64,000 bases of DNA from Octopus sinensis (taxonomy: Eukaryota). Below are positions 23,220 to 35,840 of this stretch, piece by piece. The stretch is taken from assembly GCF_006345805.1 (NCBI RefSeq), contig NC_043004.1, positions 4,836,001 to 4,900,000 on the forward strand, given 5' to 3'. The notes under the pieces are model-generated. The model was not told the origin of the DNA and searched no databases. It worked only from the letters and a program-made list of their open reading frames with translations. The position numbers and the translations under genes are program-made. Each line of letters opens with the position of its first letter. Position 1 is the first letter of the stretch.

Positions 23220-24064
23220 ATGGATGTATTGGCTCTTTCCTTTTGGTGAGTGTTGAGTCCAGCAGATTGGTCAACTACTGCAATTTGAAAGACAGTTATA
23301 TTAGGGGTACAAAATGCATAAATGTGTGTGTGTGTGTGTGTGTGTGTAAGTATGTATATATGCACATGTGTGTGTGTATTTTTTTACACATGTATGCATA
23401 CACTCACATCCTCACAAATACATCTGTATGTGCATATACAGGCTCACAATGTTATCAGTGTTATTTCCATGAAGCAGTAAACTGGCAGACAATACAATGC
23501 CAAATGTAAATATCCCTGTGATGTACCAGTACCTGTTGAAATGGACCATATTCCATACAAAGCAGTAAGTTTGTATGCAAGTGAAATGAAATTAATTAGT
23601 GTGATCCGTGTCACCTACAATAGATGATGGTCACCCTGAATTATCTGCCCTTGTTAGCTGAGAGATTTTCTAACAGTGTTTAGTGCTGCTGCAGCTTGCT
23701 CTTCCTTTCTTCCCTGGTTACAAAGCTACTTCAAAAGAATGCTACTTTGTTGATGTTGTTTTAATTACTATTTATCAATTCATGTATTTACTTCCCATTT
23801 TACTTCTTTTTTTTTTACATCATACCCCTTTTCGTTCAACTCTCCTGTTTTCCACTATAAATCCTCAAAGCTTCCGTAGCGGTCTGTCTTTGTCTGCTTC
23901 TCTATTTGTTGCAAACTTTTCATTGTCTGAGCAATTTCACAGGTAATACATGAATATAGCTTAACATTTTTTTTTTTTTGTTCCACCATATTCTCACTCT
24001 GTCTTCAAGCAAGCTGAAGAATGTTCCACACACATACACACAAAAATGGATAATTATCCCTTTC

Positions 24065-24400
24065 TGCTACAGGTTGAAGACCTGGTCTATTACATTGACC
24101 TCAATGCTCAGCTGGTATTTATTTTATTGATCCTGAAAGGATGAAATGCAAAGTCCACTTCGGTGGATAATAGTACTTATAATGGTTTCAAATTTTGGTA
24201 CTAGGCCAGCAATTTTAGTATGAGGTGGTTAGTTATTTGCAACAACCCCAGTACTCGATAGTTTCTTTATTTCATTGAGCCTGTAAGGATGAAATGCAAA
24301 GTTGACCTGTGCATGATTTGAACTCTGAAAGTAAAGAGCTGGAAAATTGCCACTAAGCATTTTGTTTGATGTGCTAACAATTCTACCTGCTGACTGCCTT
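24065..24400 (-). mobile_element. Two adjacent SINE B (B2) copies
   Basis: Repeated aaggatgaaatgcaaagt block at about 24138 and 24285; head ends in ctgccttaataat. Confidence 0.7.
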
Positions 24401-24433
24401 AATAATAATAATGATAATAATAATAACAATAAT

Positions 24434-24888
24434 GTGTTGTGTTGTGTTGTTTGTCTTGGTATAAAAGATGGGCTACAGCAAATATTCTGCTCAATACCAC
24501 AGATTTGCTTGTCAGTTGTTTGACCATAACCAGTTGAGCATGTCCCAGAAGTAGTGGGGGAGCATCACAGCCATGTGTTGAGAGGGGTTCTTTGGAGTTT
24601 GGATTATTCACTCTGGAAACATGGGTGATTCGTTCAACATCCTTAAACAACCCTTATTCAAGGACCTTTTGACGGGATGGGCTACTCAACCAGAAGAAAA
24701 TTCTAACTGGTTCCCACCTGCAAGGTCATGCGCTGTTTACCTTGATATGAGATCACCATGTTGCGCACATATGGTTGTGATGTATGTGCCTGGTGTACCC
24801 TTATCAGATGGGTAGTCATGATGGGTATACTGGGCTTTGTATATTTTACCCCAATGTCACTTTGATGGCATGAACTAGTCTCTCACTC
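24434..24888 (+). mobile_element. Family J element, (AAT)n on both sides
   Basis: Homologous to 6596-7063 and 33193-33246. Confidence 0.8.
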
Positions 24889-24924
24889 AATAATAATAAT
24901 AATAATAATAAGGATAATAATAAT

Positions 24925-25130
24925 AATCCTTTCTACTATGGGCATGAGGGTTGAAATTTTTGTGGGGGTGGGGACTAGTTGATTACAGTGACCCCAGTGT
25001 TCAGCTGGTACTTATTTTATAAACCTCAAAAGGATGAAAGACAGAATTGACCTCAGAGAGATTTCAACTCAGAACAGAGACGCATACAAAATACTGGTAA
25101 GCATTTTGTTGGACACACTGCTTTAATAAT
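24925..25130 (-). mobile_element. SINE family B (B2 tail)
   Basis: Tail cctttctactatgggc abuts the (AAT)n shared with family J. Confidence 0.75.
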
Positions 25131-25999
25131 AGTAATAGTGATAATAATAATCCTGTGACTGTTGAGAACGCTTTTATAATAGCAAGAGGGACTGTTATAC
25201 TTTGCTATTATTGAATGCATCTCCTTCATTGAAGGACATATACACATACACATGCATCTTTTTCTACTTGTACATACGTTTATATACACAAATAATTGTA
25301 CATAACACTGCATGCATGTTCACTTACACATCCATGCACTCTCTCTCTCTCTCTCTCACACACCTGCATGCACATAAGTATATACCCCTAGCTCTCACAC
25401 AAACTGTCACATTCACATTTTTTTTATGCGTGCACACACACACTTCTGAAAGTACATCTGTATGCTTGTGCACGCACACACACACACACACACAGAAGCT
25501 CATGCATATGCACACTTACTTATTCTTGTTAAAACAAACTCTCGCACGCACATCCTTGTGCATACTTCTTAACATACTCTCTTCTCCTCGTTGTCATCTT
25601 CACACCTACGTACATGTGGACTTTTCTTACATAGTTCCTTATTCTTACCTTATGTCAACTGTTTCTCTGTGATCTCAATATACTAGTTGTTACTTTGTAG
25701 TTGATAGTATATCTTGAAACTATTATTTCTCAGTACTTGCTTATTGATCTACTACAATCAATAGACTATCAACATCTATTGGAGCTCTGCCATTCTAAAT
25801 ACCCTCAAACTATTTCATTTATTATCAATCTTCTCATTTTGAAATATCAGCTTTCTTCTTTTTCCAACCATTCTTCTCTCAACTTCGCTGCCTTATTTCT
25901 CTCTCTTTCACTTCAGTTTTTTTTAATCAATAAAATTTCAATAGTTGGTCTTCTTCTGTCATCCTTATCGCTATCATCATCACCACCATCATATTTGGT

Positions 26000-26040
26000 T
26001 TGTATGTGTGTGTGTATATATATACACATGTGTATATGTT

Positions 26041-26120
<80 letters not shown>

Positions 26121-26230
26121 GTGTGTATATATTTATGTATATATATATATAGATGTATATGTGTATATATAGATGTATATATAGATGTATATATATATAT
26201 ATATATGTGTATATATATATATATATATTT
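26000..26230. repeat. Long (AT)n/(GT)n compound microsatellite
   Basis: Direct reading. Confidence 0.95.
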
Positions 26231-26294
26231 GAAATTTACAGAAAGACAAAGAGGTGTATGAACAACATATGCACATATATATCATATATATATA

Positions 26295-26712
26295 ATTGGA
26301 TTTGGTAGATGGAAACTGAAAGAAGCTCTCTCTCTCTGTCACACACACACGATTGCTGCATGCATGGCACTTTGTGCAAGTGTCTTCTACTATTGGTGCA
26401 GGTCGATCAAAGCCTTTTGAGTGAGTTTAGTAAACAGAAACTGAAAAAAAAAAAAAAATTTGCTGCATATGTGTGTATGTTGGTATCTCCTTGCCTTGAC
26501 ATCACTTGACTGTTGTAAACAAGTGTCACTCAGGCAAACAGTATCCTTCATTTTCAATCTTCCATAAAAACATGTCTGGGGAAACATTACCTTATTTGGA
26601 AACAGGGGAGAGTTGGTGGCAGGCAGAACATTTGGCCATAGTAAACCTGCCTTAACAAATTCTTTCCGACCAACATGAGCATTGAAATGTGGACGTTAAA
26701 AATCAACGATAG
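26295..26712 (+). mobile_element. SINE family A fragments with A2 tail
   Basis: Head core appears twice (26298 and 26365); tail gtggacgttaaaaat. Confidence 0.7.
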
Positions 26713-28620
26713 TAATAGCTTCTGTTGTCTGGTGCTAACTTCAAGAGCTGAGTTTGTGATTTGTTTCCAGTAGTCAATTCAAATTTTACAACACTGAGCT
26801 CTCTTGCATTTGACTGTATGTCGACAACCCTATATTTCTTTTCCTCTTAAATTTTGGTGCATCATGCTTTGCTTCTCAAGTCTATTGTTCTGTGGGTAGG
26901 ACTGGTTTATAACACTCAGTTCTTTTTATGTGTGTTGATTCTGTGTGACCTTATCTGCAAAGACACAACGTTCTCAATTTCGTCTTAGTTACATCTTGAC
27001 TTAACCCTGTTTTGCTAATCATTTTCCACAATCTAGAAATAGAACTCTTTCATCTAAATTATTTTGCCCTCTATAATTTATACTATACTAGCTGGTCCCC
27101 ATGCCGACAAAATTGACAGCTAATTGTAGTATACACTTGTCAGTGTTCATATACATTCACATACTTTCCTTGTACACATACACATATATGCTCACACAGA
27201 GTTGAAACACTGTTTGATTTTTCTTTTTAACATTGAATGTTCACTATCTCACCAGTTTGCCATCACCTCTTCCTTCCTTAGCCATCTATCACCCCTTCTT
27301 TTCTCATTCATATGTTGTGATGGAGAAAAATACAAGTGTATTATTATAGTAGATGACAGGATCTATGTAAATGCTTATTACTGTTTATAACTTTTCTTGA
27401 CCATCCTTGAACTCTGTAGTTATTTCATATTTAATTCAGTTTTAAGTTAACTTTGTGAACCTAGTGTACCATGCTTTCTCATTTCCCCCCAATCTCTACT
27501 TGTCTCCATTCACTACTATATACCATTCCACTTTTCACATATCTCATTTATTTTAATCTTACTACTGAGAACTTAGAAGAAATACTGTACATTGCGCATA
27601 TGTGTGTGTGTGCACGTGCGTTCATTTTGATGACTTCTCTAAAATTTCTAGATGGCATATTGCACTAGTTGCCTGATGAGGAAAAAGTAAGTTCCCTGTG
27701 CACTTCTTGTTTAAAAGGTTTGGTTTTAGGAAAAGCAGCCAGCTCAAACGAAGGAAATGTATTGATATACATAACCACTGTATTTGAGACAAAACCTTTA
27801 GTGCTATTGGGATAAAATGTTGATCATAAGGACATAAAGATATGTAGATTTTTACCGTGTTCATTTTTATTAGCTCTTCTTTTTTTAATGTATTGGTTAA
27901 TGCGTTTATGTTTTCTTTCCATTGTAGATGAATATTTACATAGTTTGTTGATGTTTAGCTTCAGTTCAGCTCCTATTGAGCAAACCTTTAATTAAAGACA
28001 TTCAAGCTAATATCACCTTGTCTTTGTTTAAAGTATAAAATATCCACGTATCCAGAACTGTATTATCTTTGCTATGCACATCTCCTCTTTTTAAGACAAT
28101 TGGAATGTAATTTGAGAGTGATTTAGCTGCTGTATTTAGTAGGTCAAGCAAGCAAACAGAGGCTCCCTCACTGGCTCATATTTACACATAGTGTTGAAGC
28201 AGCTGATTTACAGCTGACTGAATTTCTTGTTCCAGATAGTTATTCAGCAAGTGAGTGTAACTAATCTTCTTTCTAAGTAAACTCATATCAGTAATCAAAG
28301 CAGATTAATGTGTCATGTTTTATGGTGGCACAATGTAAATCCTTTGATTGGTTTTGAAAACATGACCCAGTTAAATCATCACATTAGCCGCTCTTGTCAT
28401 CTAAATTCTACCTCTTGATAATGGATGTTGATTTCTTTGTTAGACACAGCATATAATTTGTTAAGTTGATTCGTTGACCATAACAGGATTTGATTTCAAC
28501 AGGGTGGAAAAAGAAACTACTTGCTTGAGAAAATTCTTTTATTGTTCATGCTAACAACTTGAGAGAGGTACACCATGCACCAGACACCATTACATTATTC
28601 TCACTGTGATGTGTATGAAG

Positions 28621-28935
28621 GCGCATGGCTCAGTGGTTAGAGCGTTGAGCTTACGATCATGAGGTTGTGAGCTCGTATCCCGGACTGGCTGCGTATTGTG
28701 TTCTTGAGCAAGACACTTTACTTCACATTGCTCCAGTTCACTCAGCTGTTGAAATGAGTTGCGACGTCACAGGTGCCAAGCAGTGTTGGATAACACTGGT
28801 GGTGTGGAGATGGGAGGCTGGTATGCATGGGTGACTGCTGGTCTTCCATAAACAACCTTGCCTGGACTTGTGCCTGGGAGGGTAACTTTCTAGGGGCAAT
28901 CCCGTGGTCTGTGTCGTGACCGAAGGGGGTCTTAG
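28621..28935 (+). mobile_element. SINE family C (tRNA-like head, ttgagcaagacactt core)
   Basis: A box TGGCTCAGTGG and degenerate B box GAGCTCGTATCC; homologous to 49935-50245. Confidence 0.85.
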
Positions 28936-29406
28936 ATATGTATAAATATAAAATCCACTGATTTTAATGTTATTGCTTAACAGGGATCTATTTAACCTAC
29001 TTCCAACTTTACATATACTAGACATCCTATATTCCTTAGCTAGTATTTGTCTAGAGAGAATATTTTATTGCTTTTGTTGGCATACCTAGATTTCACTGTA
29101 TAAGATATATTAAGGTGCCGAACTAGAAAAGCTGTTGTGTATGATGTGAGTTCAGAATTGTTTGTCTGCTTGTCTGCACTCTCCTTGTTAGAATGGATAC
29201 AGTTGGATTGAATGAACATTTGATAGCCACCTACATGCCAAAGTGCACAAGTTATCCTGTATGTAATGCAGTGTGAAATCTTTAGACTACAATGTATTAT
29301 TCAGGACATATTTGTCCAGCTGTTTACTAGACTTGTTGTTTCATGAGTGGTATTCAAAGGAGATTTGGTTGATGCACAATCCTTGGGATTTCTCATAATT
29401 CATTAA

Positions 29407-29766
29407 TCCTTTAGCATTTAAACCAACCATATCCAGCCCACGTATTCTACCTGTTTTTATGTTCAAACCAACAAGATCTGGCCTCTCACACCAACCGTAC
29501 AATGTCATTCTAAAAATACATATCGCATCATTGGAATCTCAATGGTATGAGATAATGCATAATTAACTGAAAACAGTGGTGAAGTCCATGACCTGTGAAC
29601 TCTTTTTAAACTAGCATTCTTTTATTATTGTGATCAAGTATGCTAGTGTGTGCTGGAAAAGTGTTTAACCTTGCAATCTTAAAGCTACAAGATATTAAAT
29701 GATTAACTTTAAAGAAGGTGAATAAATAAGCATTACATTTGACAAAGTAATCTGAATGCTAAAGGG
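29407..29766 (+). mobile_element. piggyBac-type MITE family G with internal insertion
   Basis: TTAA (29403)-tcctttagcatt...aatgctaaaggg-TTAA (29767). Confidence 0.85.
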
Positions 29767-29910
29767 TTAAGTGTTTTTGTTGTTTGGATATTTTGCCTTG
29801 TAGACACAAGATTGTCAAGTTTTTCATCTTACTCCATTTTGCTATTTGATTTGAACTCTAGTCTGGTTGTGGTCTGCATGTGATGGTTGTTGGGCACCAC
29901 AGATCACTCC

Positions 29911-30072
29911 AAAGGATGAAAGGCAAAGCCTAGGTCGACTTTGCCTTTTATCCTTTCGGGGTCAATAAATAAAGTACCAGTTACACACTGGGGTCGATCT
30001 AATCGACTTAATTCCTTTGTATGTCCTTGTTTGTCCCCTCTATGTTTAGCCCCTTGTGGGCAATAAAGAAAT
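29911..30072 (+). mobile_element. 5'-truncated SINE B1 with an inverted 18-bp 5' segment
   Basis: 29911-29928 is the reverse complement of 29939-29956 with 1 mismatch. Confidence 0.8.
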
Positions 30073-30083
30073 GATATCATTAA

Positions 30084-30880
30084 CCCATTAACATTCAGAT
30101 TATTCTGTCAAATATAATGCTCATGTATTAACATTATTTTCAATTACCATAAAACCCCATGTAATTTGCATACCTGTATAATTTACGCAGGTGATTTTCA
30201 GGATAAAATTTGTTAAAAAAAACTTCTACTCATGTAAAATTTACATCCAAAAGTTTTCAGAATTGCTTATATGGCCAGGAAGAAAAGTTTTCAATTTAGT
30301 TGTATTTAGCATAATTTCACTTACTTATGATTAGATTTTATTAAATTTTCATTAAATAAAAATAATTTCTGTTTCACAGGTATCACATTAAAAGCTATTA
30401 AATTACAAAGTGTTTGTGTTGTTTATAATAATATGGCCTGGACCGTGATTACCAGCATGAACACCAGACTTCAAAAAATAGGTAGCCATTTAATGGTTTT
30501 AGTAAATTTATACAGAAAAAGTAAGCATTATACCGTCCCGCATAAATTAAAGTCAACTTCATTATATTTAAGCCCTTATTTTTTCTGTAAAAACGCTATT
30601 CTGACACTAAATTGGTCAACTTCCGTTATGAATGTTTGTTTTGCTTATCTTTTCTCAACGAAATAAATTTCTAAAAAAATTCTGGAAACGATCTACTCAT
30701 GTAATTTAAGTTTATTTTTAATTTTGCGAAAAAAATGTGTAAATTACATGGGTTTTTACGGTAATCATGCATTATCCCATAGCTTTAAGATTTTGATGAT
30801 GTGATTGTTTTTTAGAATGACTTTGTAGGTCATTCTAAAGGTGTGGAAGGCCAGATATGTATGTTTTAAATACTAAAGGG
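30084..30880 (-). mobile_element. piggyBac-type MITE family G, host of a nested TA-duplicating element
   Basis: TTAA at 30080-30083 and 30881-30884; host sequence is continuous across the insert. Confidence 0.8.
30147..30761. mobile_element. pogo/Tc2-like non-autonomous element with TA TSD
   Basis: TA-ccataaaaccccatgtaattt...aaattacatgggtttttacgg-TA. Confidence 0.8.
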
Positions 30881-31608
30881 TTAAGCCCTTTATTTACATG
30901 TATCCAATACCAGGTGAATCTCTTGATCAGTTACAAGTGATTTCTGCCTATCTATAAATTATATTTCTCCTCTGCATTTCGCAAATGATGTATTGTTGTG
31001 CTCTTGAAACTCGTGTTTGCTAGATTATGTCGCTAAGTGTGGTATTGAGTATAGCATGGTGTTCTTTAGTATTGTTCATGAGTAATGAAATCAGTGATAG
31101 TTTTGTTAATTTGTTCTGGTGTAACCAACATGGCAGCAGCTGTATGTGTGATGTGCAGTGTCTGGTAGTGTGTGAAAAGATGTCTTCAGCACATTAAACA
31201 AAATGAGCAATGTTTATATTATGTGCAAAGACAGCAGGTTTGTGTGTTCTATGAATATGTGTTGTTACCTAGCTATAGGTCAATCTCGACTGAGCAAACT
31301 TATGATCAAAGGCATTCCAATCATGACCATCTTATCTTTTATAAGATTTTCTGGGACTACATTAGCTAATCTGTCCTTAGCTTTTTTTTTGTCAAGACGT
31401 CTGAGAGTGATAATCCACTGCCTTACTATGATATTTGTACTCATGTATGTATTGTTGTGTTGTACTATATTGTATTGTGTATTGCACTTAGATGTGTGTG
31501 TAGCATTGTATTGTATTGTGTTCTTCGTATCATGTGTTATATTGTGTTGCATATGTTTCATTATATTGTCTGGAGGTATTTGGTTGTTCATGAGTTTCAA
31601 GAAATATG

Positions 31609-31840
31609 TATTTCTTATTTCTTTATTGCCCACAAGGGGCTAAACATAGAGGGGACAAACAAGGACAAACAAAGGTATTAAGTTGATTACCAGTGTGTAA
31701 CTGGTACTTAATTTATTGACTCCGAAAAAATGAAAGGCAAAGTCAACCTCAGTAGAATTTGAACTCGGAACGTAACGGCAGATGAAATACCGCTAAGCAT
31801 TTCACCCGGCATGTTAACGTTTCTGCCAGCTCGCCGCCTT
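31609..31840 (-). mobile_element. Full-length SINE B1
   Basis: Nearly identical to the reverse complement of 39035-39267. Confidence 0.9.
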
Positions 31841-32259
31841 TACTATATTTCTGAATGTGTATAAGTATATTTGTCTGTCTGTATATTCTCAGTTTGTCCA
31901 CATTTTTGTGTTTGTGTGTTTGTTAGGTATAATTAAAAGAATCCAGGTTATGTCTCAGTTAATATTTGATGGTAGCTCTGCTAAATGATTTTAAAATCTG
32001 TTAGTCAGGTGGGATTGTAATGTACCTTAAAAAACATCTTAGTGAATTAGTGATTCAGAGCTTTGGCACTGACAGGAAAACATTCAGCCATATTCTACAC
32101 CTAATTGAATCTCCACTCCTGCAGAAAAATCCTTCTACTGATGAACTTGTTGTATCTCTCCCCCTCAAAGTTTTTTTTATTTTGTCTTTTTGATGTCTGG
32201 TAAAAGTAGTAGCGAAGTGCCTTTGTGCTTTTCTAGTGTCAGCTTTATGGCAAGTAGCT

Positions 32260-33175
32260 CTCATTCCCATCTAACATGATAATTAAATATATTTCCACTC
32301 TTAAATAATTAAATATATCTTCCTCCTTAAGTGGGCTAATAGAAAAGTATTTGATCTTAGTCCCTTCAGTTGTGTCCCTTATGCAACCACTTTCTATAAA
32401 TAGTAGACAGAAGAAAACTGCTTGTCCTTCCTGGAAGGTGGTGGAACAATCTTCACAATGGACTTGGCCAATGGTCAAATCCATCCAATGGGTAGTAATA
32501 GCTGTTTGACATGATCTACAAGTTAATAATTCTTGGGACACTGAATGAGTGCATGCAGAATGGTTTCATTACTCTGCTCACATTTCAGGCAGATGAAGCT
32601 GACAGCATATTACATACCTGTAGAGGTTGTTTTAAACTAGCAGTGCACCCCAGTGGCAGTATCAGGTTAGGGATTTCTGGAAGTCATCTATGGTCTTTGG
32701 ACTGAAAGTCTTCCAAAATAGGACAGCCATTTCACTCAGAGTTTACCCTAGAATGTTGTTCTTCTTCACCACTAGTCCTCTATTGAAAACTATTATGGAA
32801 GTTCCATCTCTTGCATTACCTGGCTGGTAGATGGCAACATTCCAAATACTAGACACGTAGTCTTGGGCTTTGCTTGACTCAGGACTGCAGTTCCAGTGAG
32901 GAGACATGAGTGACAACACCTGTTCAATATACAGATACATGTCGTCAACTTAGGTATAATAGTTCCCCAGTTTAGAGGATCTTGGCAGCAGGTCAATAAC
33001 CTGACCATCAGGACACGCCCCTTCTACAAGATGCAAAAGAACAGATGCATCAGTATTGTCAAACAAAACTATGGCATGATGGTCAAGTGTTAGTACATAA
33101 GAAAAGTGATGTACATGTCTACCATTTCTGCTTACCATTTCAGGAATAGCCTCCTCTCAGTCCATTTCTGGAATA
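32260..33175 (-). mobile_element. Tx1/L1-clade LINE ORF2 3' relic
   Basis: CLKCEQSNETILHALIQCP zinc knuckle at 32535-32591; many stops. Confidence 0.7.
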
Positions 33176-33192
33176 ATCATAATAATAATAAA

Positions 33193-33246
33193 TTTGTACC
33201 CCAATGTCACTTTGATGGCATGTGCTGCTCTCTCTCTCTCTCTCTC
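33193..33246 (+). mobile_element. Family J 3'-terminal stub between (AAT)n runs
   Basis: accccaatgtcactttgatggcatg...ctctc then (AAT)n. Confidence 0.75.
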
Positions 33247-33329
33247 AATAATAATAATATTAATAGTGATAACATAGCTACGTATAAGTTAATTTGAGAT
33301 TGTATTAGAAGTACAGCCTTGAAAGAACA

Positions 33330-33500
33330 TTGAAATGGTACAAGCATAACCAGATGTTGCCGAGAATAATGTGTATAAGATCTTGTAGGATTTTACGATT
33401 CAATGAGATTGAGTGATTGATGCTCAGAGAGCAGACATTGTTGTAATTGATAAAATGATGAAGGAAACCAAGATCATAGGTACTGTCATACCTTGAAACA
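33330..33500 (+). mobile_element. R4/Dong-type restriction-like endonuclease (RLE) domain relic
   Basis: WYKH../ENNVYKIL*DFTIQ*D*VIDAQRADIVVIDK..KETKIIGTVIP (compare KILWDF.IQTD....RPDIVV.DK). Confidence 0.75.
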
Positions 33501-33877
33501 AGGGCAAAGATGATGGCGGTAATGACAAATTACAAAATAATAACTTGGTAACAGGCCTAACATGCAGCCTGGTTTAAATAACTTACCAGGTCTTTGGTGA
33601 TTTTTATTAAAGTTTACTCTGTTGCATGCATCTGTACAAGACTTTTCCCCCTCCTTAACTGTGTGTTTCTGGCAGAAATTCAGACTGAATATCTGATCCC
33701 TCAATCTGAGAAGTCTGGGAGGGCCTGTAAAGTTATGAGTATGGCCCCATCTTCTGATAAAGTTATTAAAAGAAAAAGAAAAGAGACTTATTTTATTGAC
33801 CCCAGAAAATCAAATGGTTGAGATTACTTTGTGGTATTTGCCTATAAAGGGATGCAACTAAATAGGAGAAGACACTG

Positions 33878-34097
33878 AACCCTTTCATTACCATATTTCT
33901 GTTGAAATACATTCACTTCATTTCAAATGATTTTGAAAAGGATTGAGAAATTAGTAAAATAACTTTCTCATTATAAAGCTGGTGTTTGAAAAGGTAAATT
34001 GGTATGAAAATTTGTTGGAAGAATTTTATTCTAGATTACTTTAAAACATGAAGCTTGTATCACAGAGCTTTGGCTGGTTGGTATCAAAATGGTTAAT
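33878..34097 (+). mobile_element. piggyBac-type MITE family H (diverged)
   Basis: ccctttcattaccatattt...ggtatcaaaatggTTAA. Confidence 0.6.
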
Positions 34098-34785
34098 CCA
34101 TGTCAGTATAACACTCCACTTCTTAATATGAATGAAACAAAAGCACTTCGTTAATATACTTATTTGGTTAATGAGCAGCTCACATTTTACATGTAGTACT
34201 TTTGTTCATTAGTTATCAACCTGTTATTGTGCAACTCCAGACAGTTGATACTTGAAGATAGTAACTGATCGAATACAGGTGTACCATTCAGATATATCAT
34301 GGCTTTGTCTTACCTGGGATAATAAATAAGTTTAAAAAATCTGGTATGGCAACAGCCCTTCTATGATTGTTTTTCTCACTGTTTTAGCTGTGGCCTTCAC
34401 ATTGTCATTAAGGCCATGCTAACTTTCAATTGAGATCTTTAGCCCATGGTAAGGTTGTGGTGGTAGTTGTTTATCTCCAGATCAGGTTTGATCTAGTAGT
34501 CCTATACAACTGAGGAAGTTTGATTATATTATATATAAACTGTATTGCTGGGTGGAAGTGCTTGTCTCCACTTTGAAAGCAGAAGAACACAGGAAATATA
34601 TCAAGTCCAACAGGAAACGGTGTTTCCTAGGGTTAAATAACAGTAGCATTCTTCCCTTTTATGGGACTGTCACATTAAGTTGACAACATTGTATCACTTT
34701 ATTGTGCTGCTACTGCATAAATCTCTCTGAGAGATTTAGAAATATATTATATCTATGATCCAGTGTGTCCTTCACTTTTGTAATA

Positions 34786-35015
34786 CAGTAATCCCTCGAC
34801 TATGAAGGGGGTGTCATGTTCCAAAACCACCCCCGCGATAGGTGAAAATCTGAGGAGTAGAAACAGTACTGTACTGTATATTCTTTTTTTTTATTATTTT
34901 TCAAATTTATATATATTAATTTTATCATAAATGCAAAACAACACCACGGAGGTATCGACGTAAGCTTAAATAATAAACCATGATAGGTGAACTGTGATAT
35001 GGCGAGGGATTAGTG
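34786..35015. mobile_element. Tigger/pogo-like MITE
   Basis: TA-cagtaatccctcg...cgagggattagtg terminal inverted repeats. Confidence 0.8.
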
Positions 35016-35687
35016 AATGCAAAATATGATTTGAAGGAGATAAGGCTGCTATTTCTGGCAGGTCAAACAATCAGATAGTAATTCCTGGAATGTTAGTTTG
35101 AGAGAACTAGCAGAATATTAGGCTAAAAACATCAGAGTGTCTAGTTTCTTTAGATTTGAAGTTCAAATTTTTCGTTGGAGTTTACTTTGCCTTTTATTTT
35201 TGCAGTGATCAATAAAATGACAGCTGTTGCTGTTTTGCCCTTGGTCAGTCCTGATAGAAACGATCTGTTACAAGCATTTTAGTCTTGACCATACAATTGT
35301 ATTAGGATAATCTAGCACATCCAATAAATTTTTGCCTTGTTTAAGTTGATGAGTTTTGTTTTGATAGAAAAATTTAGCTGCTATTTCTAGGAGACCAAGC
35401 AACAAAGCACTGGCTTGAATAAGTACAGTAATTGTGGGATGCAGAAATACTACCCACAACATGTCACAGTAAATGCTAGTTGCTTTTATTGCTGTTTAGC
35501 CCCAGGTTCCAGCCATGACTCTTATTTTCTGACCTGATATATCTAGGACCACATTCTTCAGTATGTGCTCCCTTTTCTTTTTAAGACGGCATGAGTTTAT
35601 GGATACTTGGCTGCTAATTCTAGCAAGCCAAGCATTCATATAGAGGTTCCTTTATTGGCTTAGATAGATAATAGCAATACACTGAGG

Positions 35688-35840
35688 TTGTGTTTCTCAA
35701 CCTGGGCTTCTAAAATCCCTTTTTGGGGCTGCTGGGAATTTCTTATCAGTATCACTATGGAAGGTTTTAGGGAGAAGCGCTGTCCTATTCAACTTGCCAT
35801 CTAAGGGATGTTGGACTAACAGTAAGGTTGGGAAACACTG
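35688..35840. mobile_element. hAT-Charlie-like MITE
   Basis: TIRs gtgtttctcaacct and aggttgggaaacactg; the 8-bp TSD is not preserved. Confidence 0.65.

Noticed and set aside
27652-27686. 35-nt exon MAYCTSCLMRK with GTAAGT donor
   Set aside because: Too short to evaluate, and no partner exon was found.
27674-27705. CTGATGA plus GGAA/TTCC stem as a hammerhead
   Set aside because: No GAAA after the stem and no stems I or III.
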